In this document: positions 1 through 8,091 of the stretch, piece after piece | How positions within the stretch are numbered: position 1 is the stretch's first letter | Layout: every line of letters begins with the position of its first letter | IMG/VR virus record: IMGVR_UViG_3300027900_000002 | Coordinates: 1 to 37,208 of that record | Origin: a virus | Lineage: Duplodnaviria > Caudoviricetes | Reading direction: 5' to 3' (one strand) | Length of the DNA stretch: 37,208 bases | Position numbers and translations under genes: made by a program | The notes under the pieces: model-generated | Told to the model about the DNA's origin: nothing | Seen by the model: the letters and a program-made list of their open reading frames with translations, nothing else | Database searches by the model: none

Positions 1-99
1 TTATCATAGATGACGGTACTGCCGGCGATACCGGGTATGCGTAGACTTCCGCCTTGGTGATTCTGGCCCGGATTCGCGCACTTGATTCTTAACCCCTTG
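1..99. repeat. Terminal direct repeat, copy 1 (assembly overlap of a circular or circularly permuted genome)
   Basis: Bases 1-99 are identical to 37110-37208, and a reading frame continues through the join. Confidence 0.97.
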
Positions 100-755
100 T
101 AAGTGACTTCCGATCCAGCAGGCGCGATGGCGCTCGTGCAGAATCCGTCGAGGTCGCCCCACGTGTTCGATGCCATCGCTTGAAAGTTAGTCAGGTTCGA
201 ATCGTACAGATTGCCAAAGGGCGTGGCGGTCGCTCCATCTATCTCGTCCACAATGGTCATGGCCCCAGGTAGGGCAGAAATATCTATGCCCATCGCCGTG
301 TCTACACCGCTCAGACGATGGAATCCCGGCAGAAGCAGAAGTGTTTTTCTGTTGATGTAGTAGGAAGAGAAAGTTGTGCTTGCATTGTTGATCGTGGTGT
401 CGGTGTAGTTTTCCCACAGCGTGAACTGCGTGTCGGAGTCGATGGACTTGATCCGATAGTATTTTGTCGCAGCGGCAGGTTTCCACAAATCACCGATAGC
501 CCCAGGCATGTCGGGATTCGGATACGTGGTAGAACTGTTTAGCCAGTTCGTTCCACTACCGGTGACGGTTGGCGATCCATTCGTGGCGGTGATCGTTTGT
601 GTCTTCGTGACGCGCGCCACTAAGAGATCATAGCCTGCCCCGGATGGTGCAAGGGCGGCTATGGACTCGCTAACCGTGAGAAACTGTCCACCAGCCCCGA
701 CTGTTTTTGCGTTTGTTCCGTACCCTGAATTTTCGCTACCCCAAACTCCACCCAT
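1..755 (-). CDS. 5' part of a junction-spanning 510-aa tailspike/receptor-binding-like virion protein (continues 37109 down to 36332)
   Basis: ATG at 755, just after the 757..1047 stop. Hand translation shows no stop from 755 to 1 (MGGVWGSENSGYGTNAKTVGAGGQFLTVSESIAAL...TITATNGSPTVTGSGTNW...). It is in frame with 36332..37027. Thr/Asn/Gly/Ile-rich, beta-like composition. Confidence 0.8.
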   Translation of the reverse strand, partial: MGGVWGSENSGYGTNAKTVGAGGQFLTVSESIAALAPSGAGYDLLVARVTKTQTITATNGSPTVTGSGTNWLNSSTTYPNPDMPGAIGDLWKPAAATKYYRIKSIDSDTQFTLWENYTDTTINNASTTFSSYYINRKTLLLLPGFHRLSGVDTAMGIDISALPGAMTIVDEIDGATATPFGNLYDSNLTNFQAMASNTWGDLDGFCTSAIAPAGSEVTYKGLRIKCANPGQNHQGGSLRIPGIAGSTVIYD

Positions 756-756
756 A

Positions 757-1047
757 TCAGCTCACCCCGTAAGTTGAAGTGGTACCGGTGCCGGCAGTAC
801 GGGAAAAGCGCAAATGTGTGACGCCGCTGACAAGCGTGTCTTTGGCACGAGCAACAACTGAACCGTTCGGCCAGTTTTCAAAAGAAACAGCGTTATCAAC
901 GCTATATTCAACAAGCACAGTATCGCCTGCAACTGGGACTACCCACACGGTAGCAGGCAAAGGAAACTCTGTGGTGGGAACTGTCACTGCGCCCCCATTA
1001 ACGAGGGTGCCGGAAATGATGTTTCCGGACATTCTGTTTGATGGCAT
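757..1047 (-). CDS. Small putative virion protein (96 aa, beta-rich)
   Basis: AGGAG SD upstream; lies in the late operon directly before the tailspike-like gene. Confidence 0.65.
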   Translation of the reverse strand: MPSNRMSGNIISGTLVNGGAVTVPTTEFPLPATVWVVPVAGDTVLVEYSVDNAVSFENWPNGSVVARAKDTLVSGVTHLRFSRTAGTGTTSTYGVS

Positions 1048-1084
1048 GATAACTCCTTAAATTTCCGTGCTGGTTCGTTGTTTG

Positions 1085-1291
1085 TTAATGCAGCATTCGT
1101 GGATCGTACTCAATCAGTTCCTCGCACAGCTCGGCGGCATTTTCCATGCTCTGCACGGTTTCCTCTTGCGTTACTTCGATAGCGATCTGTTGTGAGCCGT
1201 GGTCATGCAAGCCTTTCTCATAACGATGGATTATGCTTTTGACCATGGACCTGACCTGTTCCTCATCCATATCAATCTCGAATAAACGCAT
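1085..1291 (-). CDS. Hypothetical acidic protein, first gene after the late terminator
   Basis: GGAGG SD directly upstream of the ATG; 68 aa. Confidence 0.65.
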   Translation of the reverse strand: MRLFEIDMDEEQVRSMVKSIIHRYEKGLHDHGSQQIAIEVTQEETVQSMENAAELCEELIEYDPRMLH

Positions 1292-1304
1292 AAACCTCCG
1301 GGCG

Positions 1305-1328
1305 AAAAAATGCCCTCACTTGGAGGGC
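1305..1328 (-). terminator. tR'-like intrinsic terminator
   Basis: Minus strand GCCCTC-CAAGT-GAGGGC-ATTTTTT, about 50 nt downstream of the putative late promoter. Confidence 0.75.
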
Positions 1329-1375
1329 GAAGTACCACTTGGGGAGGAAACCGGGAATAGCTATAAGTGTGGAAA

Positions 1376-1403
1376 ATGATAGCCTTTTGCTCGCCAAAGT
1401 CAA
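1376..1403 (-). promoter_or_regulatory. pR'-like late sigma70 promoter
   Basis: Minus strand TTGACT-N16-TATCAT, downstream of the Q-like and HNH genes and upstream of a terminator and the late genes. Confidence 0.65.
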
Positions 1404-1413
1404 TAGTATCCAC

Positions 1414-2043
1414 TTACACCCACATATCTGGCCAAAATCTATTCCCCTTAGAAGAATTCTCCTTTGGTGGAAGAAGCTGCAAATTATGTTCCACGTGCAA
1501 CCCGCATACATGCTTTGATCTTAGCGGAACAATATGGTCTACCTGTAACTGATGATATATTGCTTCTGCATACATGTCTGATATCAAAGTCATATCAGAC
1601 CAGGATGGCGTTGCTTTTAACTTTCTAGCCTCTCTCGCCGATTGTTGAGCCGATCTTTTTTCTGGATGCGCTTTTGCATAAGCTCTTGATCTTTCTTTGT
1701 TTCTTTCTCGATTTTTTTCCCTATAAGCCATTACTTTTGCTATGTTATTTTTAATATAAGCGCGTCCGTTTTCAAGGCGTCTATCCTTGTTTTTTATGTA
1801 ACTCTTACGTGCTATTGCATTTACAGATAATCTGTTTTTAAGCCTATATCTTCTTGCTTGAATCCTATCTTTTTCTTTAGCTTTTTCTGGGTCTTTATTT
1901 CTTACCGACCTCTTCTTTAGTTTCTTGCATTTAGTGCAAGTTCCATCGAAAGTACAGCGAGGAGCTAAATGTCCACGTACACAATGTATGCCTGTGTAGT
2001 ATTGCTTAAGCCCAAGTTCTTTTGCTTTCTTTCTTGTAATCAA
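1414..2043 (-). CDS. HNH homing endonuclease (basic helical N-terminus, C-terminal HNH)
   Basis: QVDHIVPL...CGLHVEHNLQLL...ENSSKGNR motif; AT-rich; TTG start overlaps the upstream stop. Confidence 0.85.
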   Translation of the reverse strand: MITRKKAKELGLKQYYTGIHCVRGHLAPRCTFDGTCTKCKKLKKRSVRNKDPEKAKEKDRIQARRYRLKNRLSVNAIARKSYIKNKDRRLENGRAYIKNNIAKVMAYREKNRERNKERSRAYAKAHPEKRSAQQSAREARKLKATPSWSDMTLISDMYAEAIYHQLQVDHIVPLRSKHVCGLHVEHNLQLLPPKENSSKGNRFWPDMWV

Positions 2044-2603
2044 AGTTTTTCAGATTCTCTGATTTCCTTAACTACAACAGATACGTTTGCTACTCCGTCC
2101 GAATCATAGCACTTTAGGGCCATTAACGCTTCCCTACGACGAGGCTCATAATCTCTTGCCCACTGAGAACCGCTATACCCAATAAGCTCCAAGTATGATG
2201 AAACCGGCATTTCCTTGTTTAATATCAAACCTATTCTAAAATCCTCTACAGCAAGCCAAGCAATGGCGTATAGTCTGTTTCCCATCTTCGTACCTTTTTT
2301 TGTTCCGAACACCTCTGAAGTCACTGTAGAGGCCAGGATGGACTGTTTTGCTTGCTTGTTAAATGCTTGTACGTCTGGACCGTAATTGTAGATTAATGAG
2401 TTTGCTATTTTTTCTTTCTGTGCGCTGATCGCGGCCCGTATCTTGGCCATTTGTACCGCTGTCGCCATGATGTAGGAGGCGTTACCGGAAGACTTGTCGA
2501 TTGGACAGCCGTAGTCCATGAAATTAGCTGTATTAGTATTTCCTAAATAAGCATGGGCTAATGCTGTTTGGATTGCCTCTCGCGTGTTGCCAAACTTGCT
2601 CAA
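2040..2603 (-). CDS. Putative Q-like late antiterminator/regulator
   Basis: Last gene of the nin-like region, before a promoter-terminator pair; 187 aa with a helical C-terminus. The call is mainly positional. Confidence 0.5.
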   Translation of the reverse strand: MSKFGNTREAIQTALAHAYLGNTNTANFMDYGCPIDKSSGNASYIMATAVQMAKIRAAISAQKEKIANSLIYNYGPDVQAFNKQAKQSILASTVTSEVFGTKKGTKMGNRLYAIAWLAVEDFRIGLILNKEMPVSSYLELIGYSGSQWARDYEPRRREALMALKCYDSDGVANVSVVVKEIRESEKL

Positions 2604-2803
2604 GCCGGTTCCCTCTTTCGTTTACGAGTAAAGAACCCACATGATTTACTGTCCCCCTTCGGCCATAAAGGATTGCCAGCGATGCAATGATACTCTGACT
2701 TGTCTGGTTTTGGCTGGCTGAGCTTACACCCACCACATCCGATGGTGTAAAACTCATCACGCATAAAGGCTTGATCGGGACGGAGTAAGTGTCTGTTCAT
2801 CAC
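2600..2803 (-). CDS. Small Cys-containing hypothetical protein
   Basis: Overlap-coupled at both ends; CxxC plus two further Cys. Confidence 0.55.
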   Translation of the reverse strand: MMNRHLLRPDQAFMRDEFYTIGCGGCKLSQPKPDKSEYHCIAGNPLWPKGDSKSCGFFTRKRKREPA

Positions 2804-2991
2804 GAATTCCAGGCAACAATACCAGTTTGCTCTGTTTTGTGTCCTACAATCTTTCCGTCCCTATCGTAATCTGTTTTGCTTCCCATGCCGATTAACTTTA
2901 TGGTTCCATCTGGCTTCATCTCTGCTTCAAACCAAGCGCGGAACTCAGAATGACCGTAAAGTATTTGTACTGTGATTTTAGGCTCTGTCAT
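2800..2991 (-). CDS. Hypothetical protein (start revised to MTEPKITV...)
   Basis: ATG at 2991 just after the 2996 stop; the longer track ORF overlaps the upstream gene. Confidence 0.55.
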   Translation of the reverse strand: MTEPKITVQILYGHSEFRAWFEAEMKPDGTIKLIGMGSKTDYDRDGKIVGHKTEQTGIVAWNS

Positions 2992-2995
2992 AATC

Positions 2996-3382
2996 TCACC
3001 CAAAGAAAGTAGAGTTTTCGACCAGACTATTACACCTCGGGCAACGCTGTTCTTTTGTCCTATCCCAAGACATAAACCACTTACGGCAAGTCCTCTGTAT
3101 ACACTGCCTGCGCTCAGGTGCCTTTGCCATCGGACGCCCATTCTTGCGGTGATGAAGTTCCGGGCCATCGTCGGTAATGCCGATGTGTCGATCAACTGGG
3201 TCTCTGCCGTACTTCCTGATCCCGAGATTACCGGCCTTGGTCCTACAGCTTTCGGTGGGGTGGCCGGTGGCTTCGCTGATTTCCTCGAAGTCGTAACCGG
3301 CCTCGCGCATCTCCCGCAGGAGATTAATTTCTTTCGTTGTCCAGGGTATGCTGTTTCGTGTCATGAGTTCGTAGACGCTCAT
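2996..3382 (-). CDS. Myb/GcrA-like HTH protein with C-terminal Zn ribbon
   Basis: GGAGG SD and ATGA overlap at 3382; PWTTKEINLLREM...FEEISEATGHPTESCRTKA HTH; C-x4-C...CPRC. Confidence 0.65.
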   Translation of the reverse strand: MSVYELMTRNSIPWTTKEINLLREMREAGYDFEEISEATGHPTESCRTKAGNLGIRKYGRDPVDRHIGITDDGPELHHRKNGRPMAKAPERRQCIQRTCRKWFMSWDRTKEQRCPRCNSLVENSTFFG

Positions 3383-3798
3383 AGTTCCTCCGCACACAGT
3401 TGGTAATGCTCGATCAGTGTTTCGTAGTCGGCGCGGGTCATTTTCTTGACAGTGCCAGACAAAGCGATCAGGCGGTCTACCTCGTCCTGCCCGTACATTC
3501 TGGTCATCCATTGGGTGTACTTCAACTTTGCAAATTCTGATCCGAAAAGGTTACATGCAGGGCACTGACAATGCACGTTCCTAAACTCGAAATAGACAGA
3601 GGTTCCTCTTGCCTTTGGAACAAAATGCCCTCCATGCGACTCCCTCCAAGGTAGTTCTTTCCCGCATGTTACGCATGTAACATCACCTTTATAGTCTGCA
3701 TTCATACGTCTAATTACATTAGACATAAGCATCCAAGCCTTTTTCTTTAGATATGGGATTGGCTTTTGCTTTTTTCTTTTCTTTACATGTCTGGCCAA
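3379..3798 (-). CDS. ninG: NinG/Rap-family recombination endonuclease
   Basis: CVTCG...GGHFVP...FEFRNVHCQCPACN...YGQDEVDRL NinG signature; likely TTG start at 3798 with AAGGA SD. Confidence 0.85.
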   Translation of the reverse strand: MARHVKKRKKQKPIPYLKKKAWMLMSNVIRRMNADYKGDVTCVTCGKELPWRESHGGHFVPKARGTSVYFEFRNVHCQCPACNLFGSEFAKLKYTQWMTRMYGQDEVDRLIALSGTVKKMTRADYETLIEHYQLCAEEL

Positions 3799-4442
3799 TG
3801 TCGATTTCCTTTGCTGACGTTCTCGGTACTTTCCAGTACTTGCAAATTTGCATGTACATGTAGACCGCATACAGTTTTCCCGCGTAATGGGACAACATGA
3901 TCCACATGCCATCCATACTTATTGGCTTCTACATATAGGCGAGATATAAGCTCTTTCTCTGACCATGATGGTGTTGCTTGCAGCTTAATTGCTCTCCTAT
4001 TGGCGTTTGTCGCCTTTACTCTTTCTGGATGATTCTTTGCCCATGCTCTTGCCAAGGATGCGTATTTATCTGCATTCTTAATACGATATTCTTTAATCTT
4101 GTCGTTATGCTTAACGTAGTTAACTTTGTTACGAACCTTATATTTGTCTTTGTTCTCTGCATACTCCGCTCTTTTTCTTTCTAAGAATAGAGTTTTGTTT
4201 TTCTCATATCTTGCCATGTCTCGCTTTATAAATTTCTCTGAATCTGATTTGCGGCGGTTCCTATCATACTCCCTAACGTATTCTATGTTTTCTTTTCTGT
4301 ATTTGCGTTGCGCCAATTTACACTTTTCTTTGTTTTTTTCTCTATATGATTTTTGGTATTCTTTATGTTTTTCCATGTTCGCCGCTCGCCAAGCGAGCGT
4401 TCTGGAAATAGCGCGTTGCTTTTTTTCTTCTTCTGTTTTCAC
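3783..4442 (-). CDS. HNH homing endonuclease, paralogue of 1414..2043
   Basis: WHVDHVVPL...CGLHVHANLQVL...ENVSKGNRHWPDM; shares KLxATPSWS with the other copy; AT-rich. Confidence 0.85.
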   Translation of the reverse strand: MKTEEEKKQRAISRTLAWRAANMEKHKEYQKSYREKNKEKCKLAQRKYRKENIEYVREYDRNRRKSDSEKFIKRDMARYEKNKTLFLERKRAEYAENKDKYKVRNKVNYVKHNDKIKEYRIKNADKYASLARAWAKNHPERVKATNANRRAIKLQATPSWSEKELISRLYVEANKYGWHVDHVVPLRGKTVCGLHVHANLQVLESTENVSKGNRHWPDM

Positions 4443-4759
4443 TTAATCGCCCTGAAGTTCGCTTGTTGGGTTCTCCAACAGTCCAGCTTTGCCAATGCGG
4501 TATCCTTGAGCCAGCGAAACCGTTCATCCTCTTTGATCGCCACACGAAGTCCGTCAAGGTGTATCTTGTAGCGTGGATCGGCGTAGGCGTGTCGTTCCTG
4601 AGCGTTCACGGGTTCTTCCATGTGTTCGCTCATCAGTTCTGCCTTGATGGTTCTTGAGAAGTCCTCAAGGTATTGTCTTGTGGCTCTGGCCTCAGCGGCT
4701 TTGTCGGCGGCAGAGACAAGCCACTCAAGGGCCTTGTTCACGTCTTGTTCTGTAATCAT
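4439..4759 (-). CDS. Conserved helical phage protein (possibly UvsY-like recombination mediator)
   Basis: ATGA-coupled start MITEQDV at 4759; AQERHAYADPRY...WRTQQANFR motif common in nin-like regions. The UvsY-like label is tentative. Confidence 0.55.
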   Translation of the reverse strand: MITEQDVNKALEWLVSAADKAAEARATRQYLEDFSRTIKAELMSEHMEEPVNAQERHAYADPRYKIHLDGLRVAIKEDERFRWLKDTALAKLDCWRTQQANFRAIK

Positions 4760-4950
4760 CTCGCTACCGTAATCCTGTCTTTGATAACCAACCCAATCCG
4801 CACCACCTTCTCCCTGGTGTCCGTCGCCACCCACATGCACTCGCTGCTGGCGTCCACTCTGCCGACAGGCTTGGCCTGCTGGTTGCGCTGTAGGCAATCC
4901 ATGATTACGGAGTTGCGATACATCTCGGGAGTGATAGTTCGCATGGTCAT
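4756..4950 (-). CDS. Hypothetical protein (64 aa)
   Basis: ATGA overlaps at both ends. Confidence 0.55.
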   Translation of the reverse strand: MTMRTITPEMYRNSVIMDCLQRNQQAKPVGRVDASSECMWVATDTREKVVRIGLVIKDRITVAR

Positions 4951-5234
4951 ATTGCAAACAGAGAATCAGACAATGACCTCATGTCATTCTTCATTGATTC
5001 CAGCGCCTCAGCTTCGGAAGCGCCAACCCCAGACGCATAATTATCGTAGAACAACTCATGGAATGGATTATTGTTACAGGCTTCAAAACCGGCTTCGTCC
5101 ATGTTCATGCAACCCATCAGTGCAATTCCACAGCGGGCCTCAAAACGACCGTCTTGTAGTTTCTTTACATGCACGTTTGTTGTTCCGGCAACGCCGATAT
5201 GATCACACTTGTACAGGATTATTTCCTCGCTCAT
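4947..5234 (-). CDS. Hypothetical protein (start revised to MSEEIILY...)
   Basis: GGAGG SD and ATGA overlap at 5234. Confidence 0.6.
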   Translation of the reverse strand: MSEEIILYKCDHIGVAGTTNVHVKKLQDGRFEARCGIALMGCMNMDEAGFEACNNNPFHELFYDNYASGVGASEAEALESMKNDMRSLSDSLFAI

Positions 5235-5530
5235 TTCTTCTGCCTCCAGAATATAAACGTATGCACATGGTCCCCACATGCGGCCTTGACTCGATAGCAT
5301 CGTGCTTTCCCGGTGTTGCAGGCGTTCAGGGTCATCAGTTCGTCTTGCTTGACCATCATCAGGTACTTTCCCCGGTGGTTGATGAAGTCGGCATCATCTT
5401 GAGGCTTGTCTGTGGTGATTGACGGTAGGACTCCGCAGTTTCCTTCCGGGCTGGGGAGGTAATATTCCTGGCCTCCGGCGAAAGAGAGGAGCGGGAATAA
5501 TATAACTGTGCATTTCAGTATGAAATTCAT
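5231..5530 (-). CDS. Hypothetical exported protein
   Basis: N-terminal signal-like MNFILKCTVILFPLLSFA; several Cys in the mature part; ATGA-coupled. Confidence 0.55.
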   Translation of the reverse strand: MNFILKCTVILFPLLSFAGGQEYYLPSPEGNCGVLPSITTDKPQDDADFINHRGKYLMMVKQDELMTLNACNTGKARCYRVKAACGDHVHTFIFWRQKK

Positions 5531-6054
5531 CTATTTCTAACTACTGGACAAAATTTATGGATTTCCGCTTTCCTATCAAGATAGGCTTTGTACGCTTCTT
5601 TTTTATCATCAAATCTTCCTATATGTATCTGTTTATTTTTATATGATATAAACACAATCCATTTATTATTATTCTTATCCCAGCAAACACCACGATATCC
5701 GCTTTTATTGTCTGAACGATGGGAAAGATTTTGGTTATTTTCACCACGTGTTGCTTCACGCAGATTATTGATCTTGTTATTAGATTTATCTCCATCAATA
5801 TGGTCTATTTCTGAAACAGGCCATCTTCCATATGTATACATCCATGCAATTCTATGGGCCATGTATTTGCGTCCGTAAATACCTATTTGTCGATATCCAC
5901 TACAATTAATCCATCCTGCTATTTTTCCAACGATTGTTTTTGTACTGATGCCAACTCTCCAATGAAAAGTTCCTGCATTTTTGTCATATTTTATAATTCT
6001 AATTAATTCTTCTCTTGAAATTGGCCCATCTATTGGAATTTTTTGTTTACCCAT
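5527..6054 (-). CDS. HNH-AP2 homing endonuclease
   Basis: AHRIAWMY...EIDHIDGDKSNNKINNLREAT...N plus SGYRGVCW...IHIGRFDDKKEAYKAY AP2 domain; AT-rich. Confidence 0.92.
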   Translation of the reverse strand: MGKQKIPIDGPISREELIRIIKYDKNAGTFHWRVGISTKTIVGKIAGWINCSGYRQIGIYGRKYMAHRIAWMYTYGRWPVSEIDHIDGDKSNNKINNLREATRGENNQNLSHRSDNKSGYRGVCWDKNNNKWIVFISYKNKQIHIGRFDDKKEAYKAYLDRKAEIHKFCPVVRNR

Positions 6055-6112
6055 AAATGTTTATGCCTTTGCCTGACTTGAGGTGACGGAGTAAAAAGTC
6101 GTTCTGAGTCAT
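6047..6112 (-). pseudogene. 21-codon remnant resembling the N-terminus of a small phage HTH protein
   Basis: AGGAGG SD plus MTQNDFLLRHLKSGKGINIYG*, ending across the HNH-AP2 start. Confidence 0.45.
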
Positions 6113-6128
6113 AGTTCCTCCTGTGAGC

Positions 6129-6338
6129 CTAAAGAATGCGCCACTCTTCTCTATCTGTCAATACCTGTTTACGTTTCTTTTTCCAGATCGCCACGGTTCG
6201 TATCTTGCCAATCCTCTGTTCCGCTGCCGCCAGTGCTTCCGGTGATATCCTAGACTTTCTGAGCAGGTAGTTGGCTTGCAGGCGTTGTCTGCGCTTCCTG
6301 GCGTAGTCGAGTTTCTTGGCTGGGTCTTTGTGTGGCAT
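6129..6338 (-). CDS. Small basic hypothetical protein
   Basis: MPHKDPAKK...YARKRR basic N-terminus; TAATG-coupled. Confidence 0.55.
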   Translation of the reverse strand: MPHKDPAKKLDYARKRRQRLQANYLLRKSRISPEALAAAEQRIGKIRTVAIWKKKRKQVLTDREEWRIL

Positions 6339-6406
6339 TATTTCAGCCTCGCCTTAATCTCTTCTATCGCGCTCGCCACAATCTCACCGGTTACTTTCGT
6401 GCCGCT

Positions 6407-7081
6407 TTATTCAAACAACCTGCCTTGTGCTTGTGCTGCCGAGATACGTTCACAAGCTATATCGAAGTATTTAGGCTCTATCTCAATGCCGATGAACTTG
6501 CGGCCAAGGTTTACACAGGCTACTCCAGTGGTGCCACTGCCCATGAATGGGTCCATTATTGATTGATGCTTTGGATAAGCCTCAAGCACCTTTTCAATCA
6601 ATAGGACTGGCTTCTGAGTTGGGTGTTGGCGGTCTTTTTCTTTACCGATAAGTCCGTTGTATTCAACGGTAATCTTCTTGACAGATTTCCTGTCAGAGTT
6701 TGTCCATGCAAGTTCACAGTCCCCAAATGTCGGCATCGTGTTTAATTTGTCCCAAACTACCCAGTGCGTTCCCTGTGGAAGCATGTCTGCAAAAAAATTA
6801 CCCCCAAAAATGAAAGCAAATTCGCTCATTTTAATTATCAGATCAAAAACTTCTTTAGGTGGGCGCTCAGAATCCCAATCATCATCCTCGAACCTTTTAC
6901 GGGCGATAGGTGTTCCAAAGCCTCCAAAGCCTTCAAAGCCTTCAAAGCCTTTGTCGCGCTTCACTCCATACGGAGGATCAGTAATCACCGCATCCACCTT
7001 TTCCAATGTCGGAAGGATTTCAAGGCAATCCCCGAGATACAATGTGCAATCGCCCAGCACTTCCTTACGTTTATAGGTCAC
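6407..7081 (-). CDS. DNA amino-methyltransferase (N4-C/N6-A, beta class)
   Basis: DPPY catalytic motif, HPTQKP, and DPFMGSGTT SAM-binding motif. Confidence 0.93.
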   Translation of the reverse strand: MTYKRKEVLGDCTLYLGDCLEILPTLEKVDAVITDPPYGVKRDKGFEGFEGFGGFGTPIARKRFEDDDWDSERPPKEVFDLIIKMSEFAFIFGGNFFADMLPQGTHWVVWDKLNTMPTFGDCELAWTNSDRKSVKKITVEYNGLIGKEKDRQHPTQKPVLLIEKVLEAYPKHQSIMDPFMGSGTTGVACVNLGRKFIGIEIEPKYFDIACERISAAQAQGRLFE

Positions 7082-7344
7082 ACCAATTTCTCCTTAATCT
7101 CATCCAGTGCCGCCAAACTTACTTCCGCACTGGTTCTGGTTTGTGGTTTAAGACTGTCCTCGTAAGCCGCTTGCTTGGCTTCCTGAGAGGTTCCGCAGTA
7201 AAGAGCGGTAGCGCCTCGCCATGCGGTGTATTTGTCTTTCCCGTTTACCTGAGCGCGGCTGATCCGGTATACCCCGGTTGAGTCCTGGATGTACCATTGG
7301 TTGATGGAACCATCCTTGTTCTTTACGGGTTGCCAGATGAGCAT
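7078..7344 (-). CDS. Hypothetical protein (88 aa)
   Basis: Tightly packed in the operon; GTGA overlap with the MTase start. Confidence 0.6.
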   Translation of the reverse strand: MLIWQPVKNKDGSINQWYIQDSTGVYRISRAQVNGKDKYTAWRGATALYCGTSQEAKQAAYEDSLKPQTRTSAEVSLAALDEIKEKLV

Positions 7345-7349
7345 TCTGT

Positions 7350-7595
7350 CTATCGCTTGTTAGATTCCAAGTGTTCACGCAGAATGCTTTTGAATCGTTC
7401 GTATCCATCGGCAAATTCAAACTGGCTTCTGTCTATTGCTATACCAAGGCCATAGAGCGCGTCATCAATGAATGTCTCTACGTGGTAATTGGCATAGCCG
7501 CTCTGTTTGTCGTATGTATTCCAGTAGTCTTGCAGAGTTTTTACGGCCTCTACCGTTCCGTTTCGAATGACAGGCTTTGTTATTTCGTTGCCCAT
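7350..7595 (-). CDS. Hypothetical protein (81 aa)
   Basis: GGAGGGAATATG initiation region. Confidence 0.65.
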   Translation of the reverse strand: MGNEITKPVIRNGTVEAVKTLQDYWNTYDKQSGYANYHVETFIDDALYGLGIAIDRSQFEFADGYERFKSILREHLESNKR

Positions 7596-7653
7596 ATTCC
7601 CTCCAAAAACCGTTTGTCACTAAAAGCACCATCCTGGTGTTGCTACGCTTCTC

Positions 7654-8091
7654 CTATTTCAACCTATCTCGCATCTGCTGTAGATGCGTAGCCACTTTCT
7701 CTTTGTCCTGTTCTGGTTTCGGCAGCGCCACATAATCACGATGGATCGCTGGCACCGTTTCCGGCAGGCACATCGATCTGAACTCTGCCGGTGTCGGAGG
7801 CCAGTCCTCCTTGCCGACCTGAATCTTGCGCGTACCGCACAACCGCAGTCCTGTCTTTATCTGTTCTCCGGTCAATCCGTCCAGAGCGTCTGACCAACCC
7901 TTAACCGCCAAGTCCTCCACGCCGTCAATGACGGAGTTGAACTTGTGGCCGTAGATAACCTGGAAGTGCTTGAACAGCGCACTAACCCAACTTGTCGGTA
8001 TGGCCGTTTTGTTCGATGTCGCGTCTGGCGATGTCGTCGAGTTTGTCGCTGACGCGTTTGGCGCGACTGCGAGTGTCTTTATGTGTTCCAT
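7654..8091 (-). CDS. Lambda P-like replication protein (helicase loader)
   Basis: LFKHFQVIYGHKF...WSDALDGLT...WPPTPAEFRSMC; follows the O-like gene. Confidence 0.7.
   Translation of the reverse strand: MEHIKTLAVAPNASATNSTTSPDATSNKTAIPTSWVSALFKHFQVIYGHKFNSVIDGVEDLAVKGWSDALDGLTGEQIKTGLRLCGTRKIQVGKEDWPPTPAEFRSMCLPETVPAIHRDYVALPKPEQDKEKVATHLQQMRDRLK

Noticed and set aside
1-99. Biological terminal repeat
   Set aside because: It is exactly 99 nt (a common assembler k-mer) and falls in the middle of a gene, so it is best read as a circular assembly overlap.
6917-6950. 9-bp tandem repeat (GFEGFEGFGGFG) in the methyltransferase as a phase-variation tract
   Set aside because: The unit is in frame and short, so copy changes would not switch expression.
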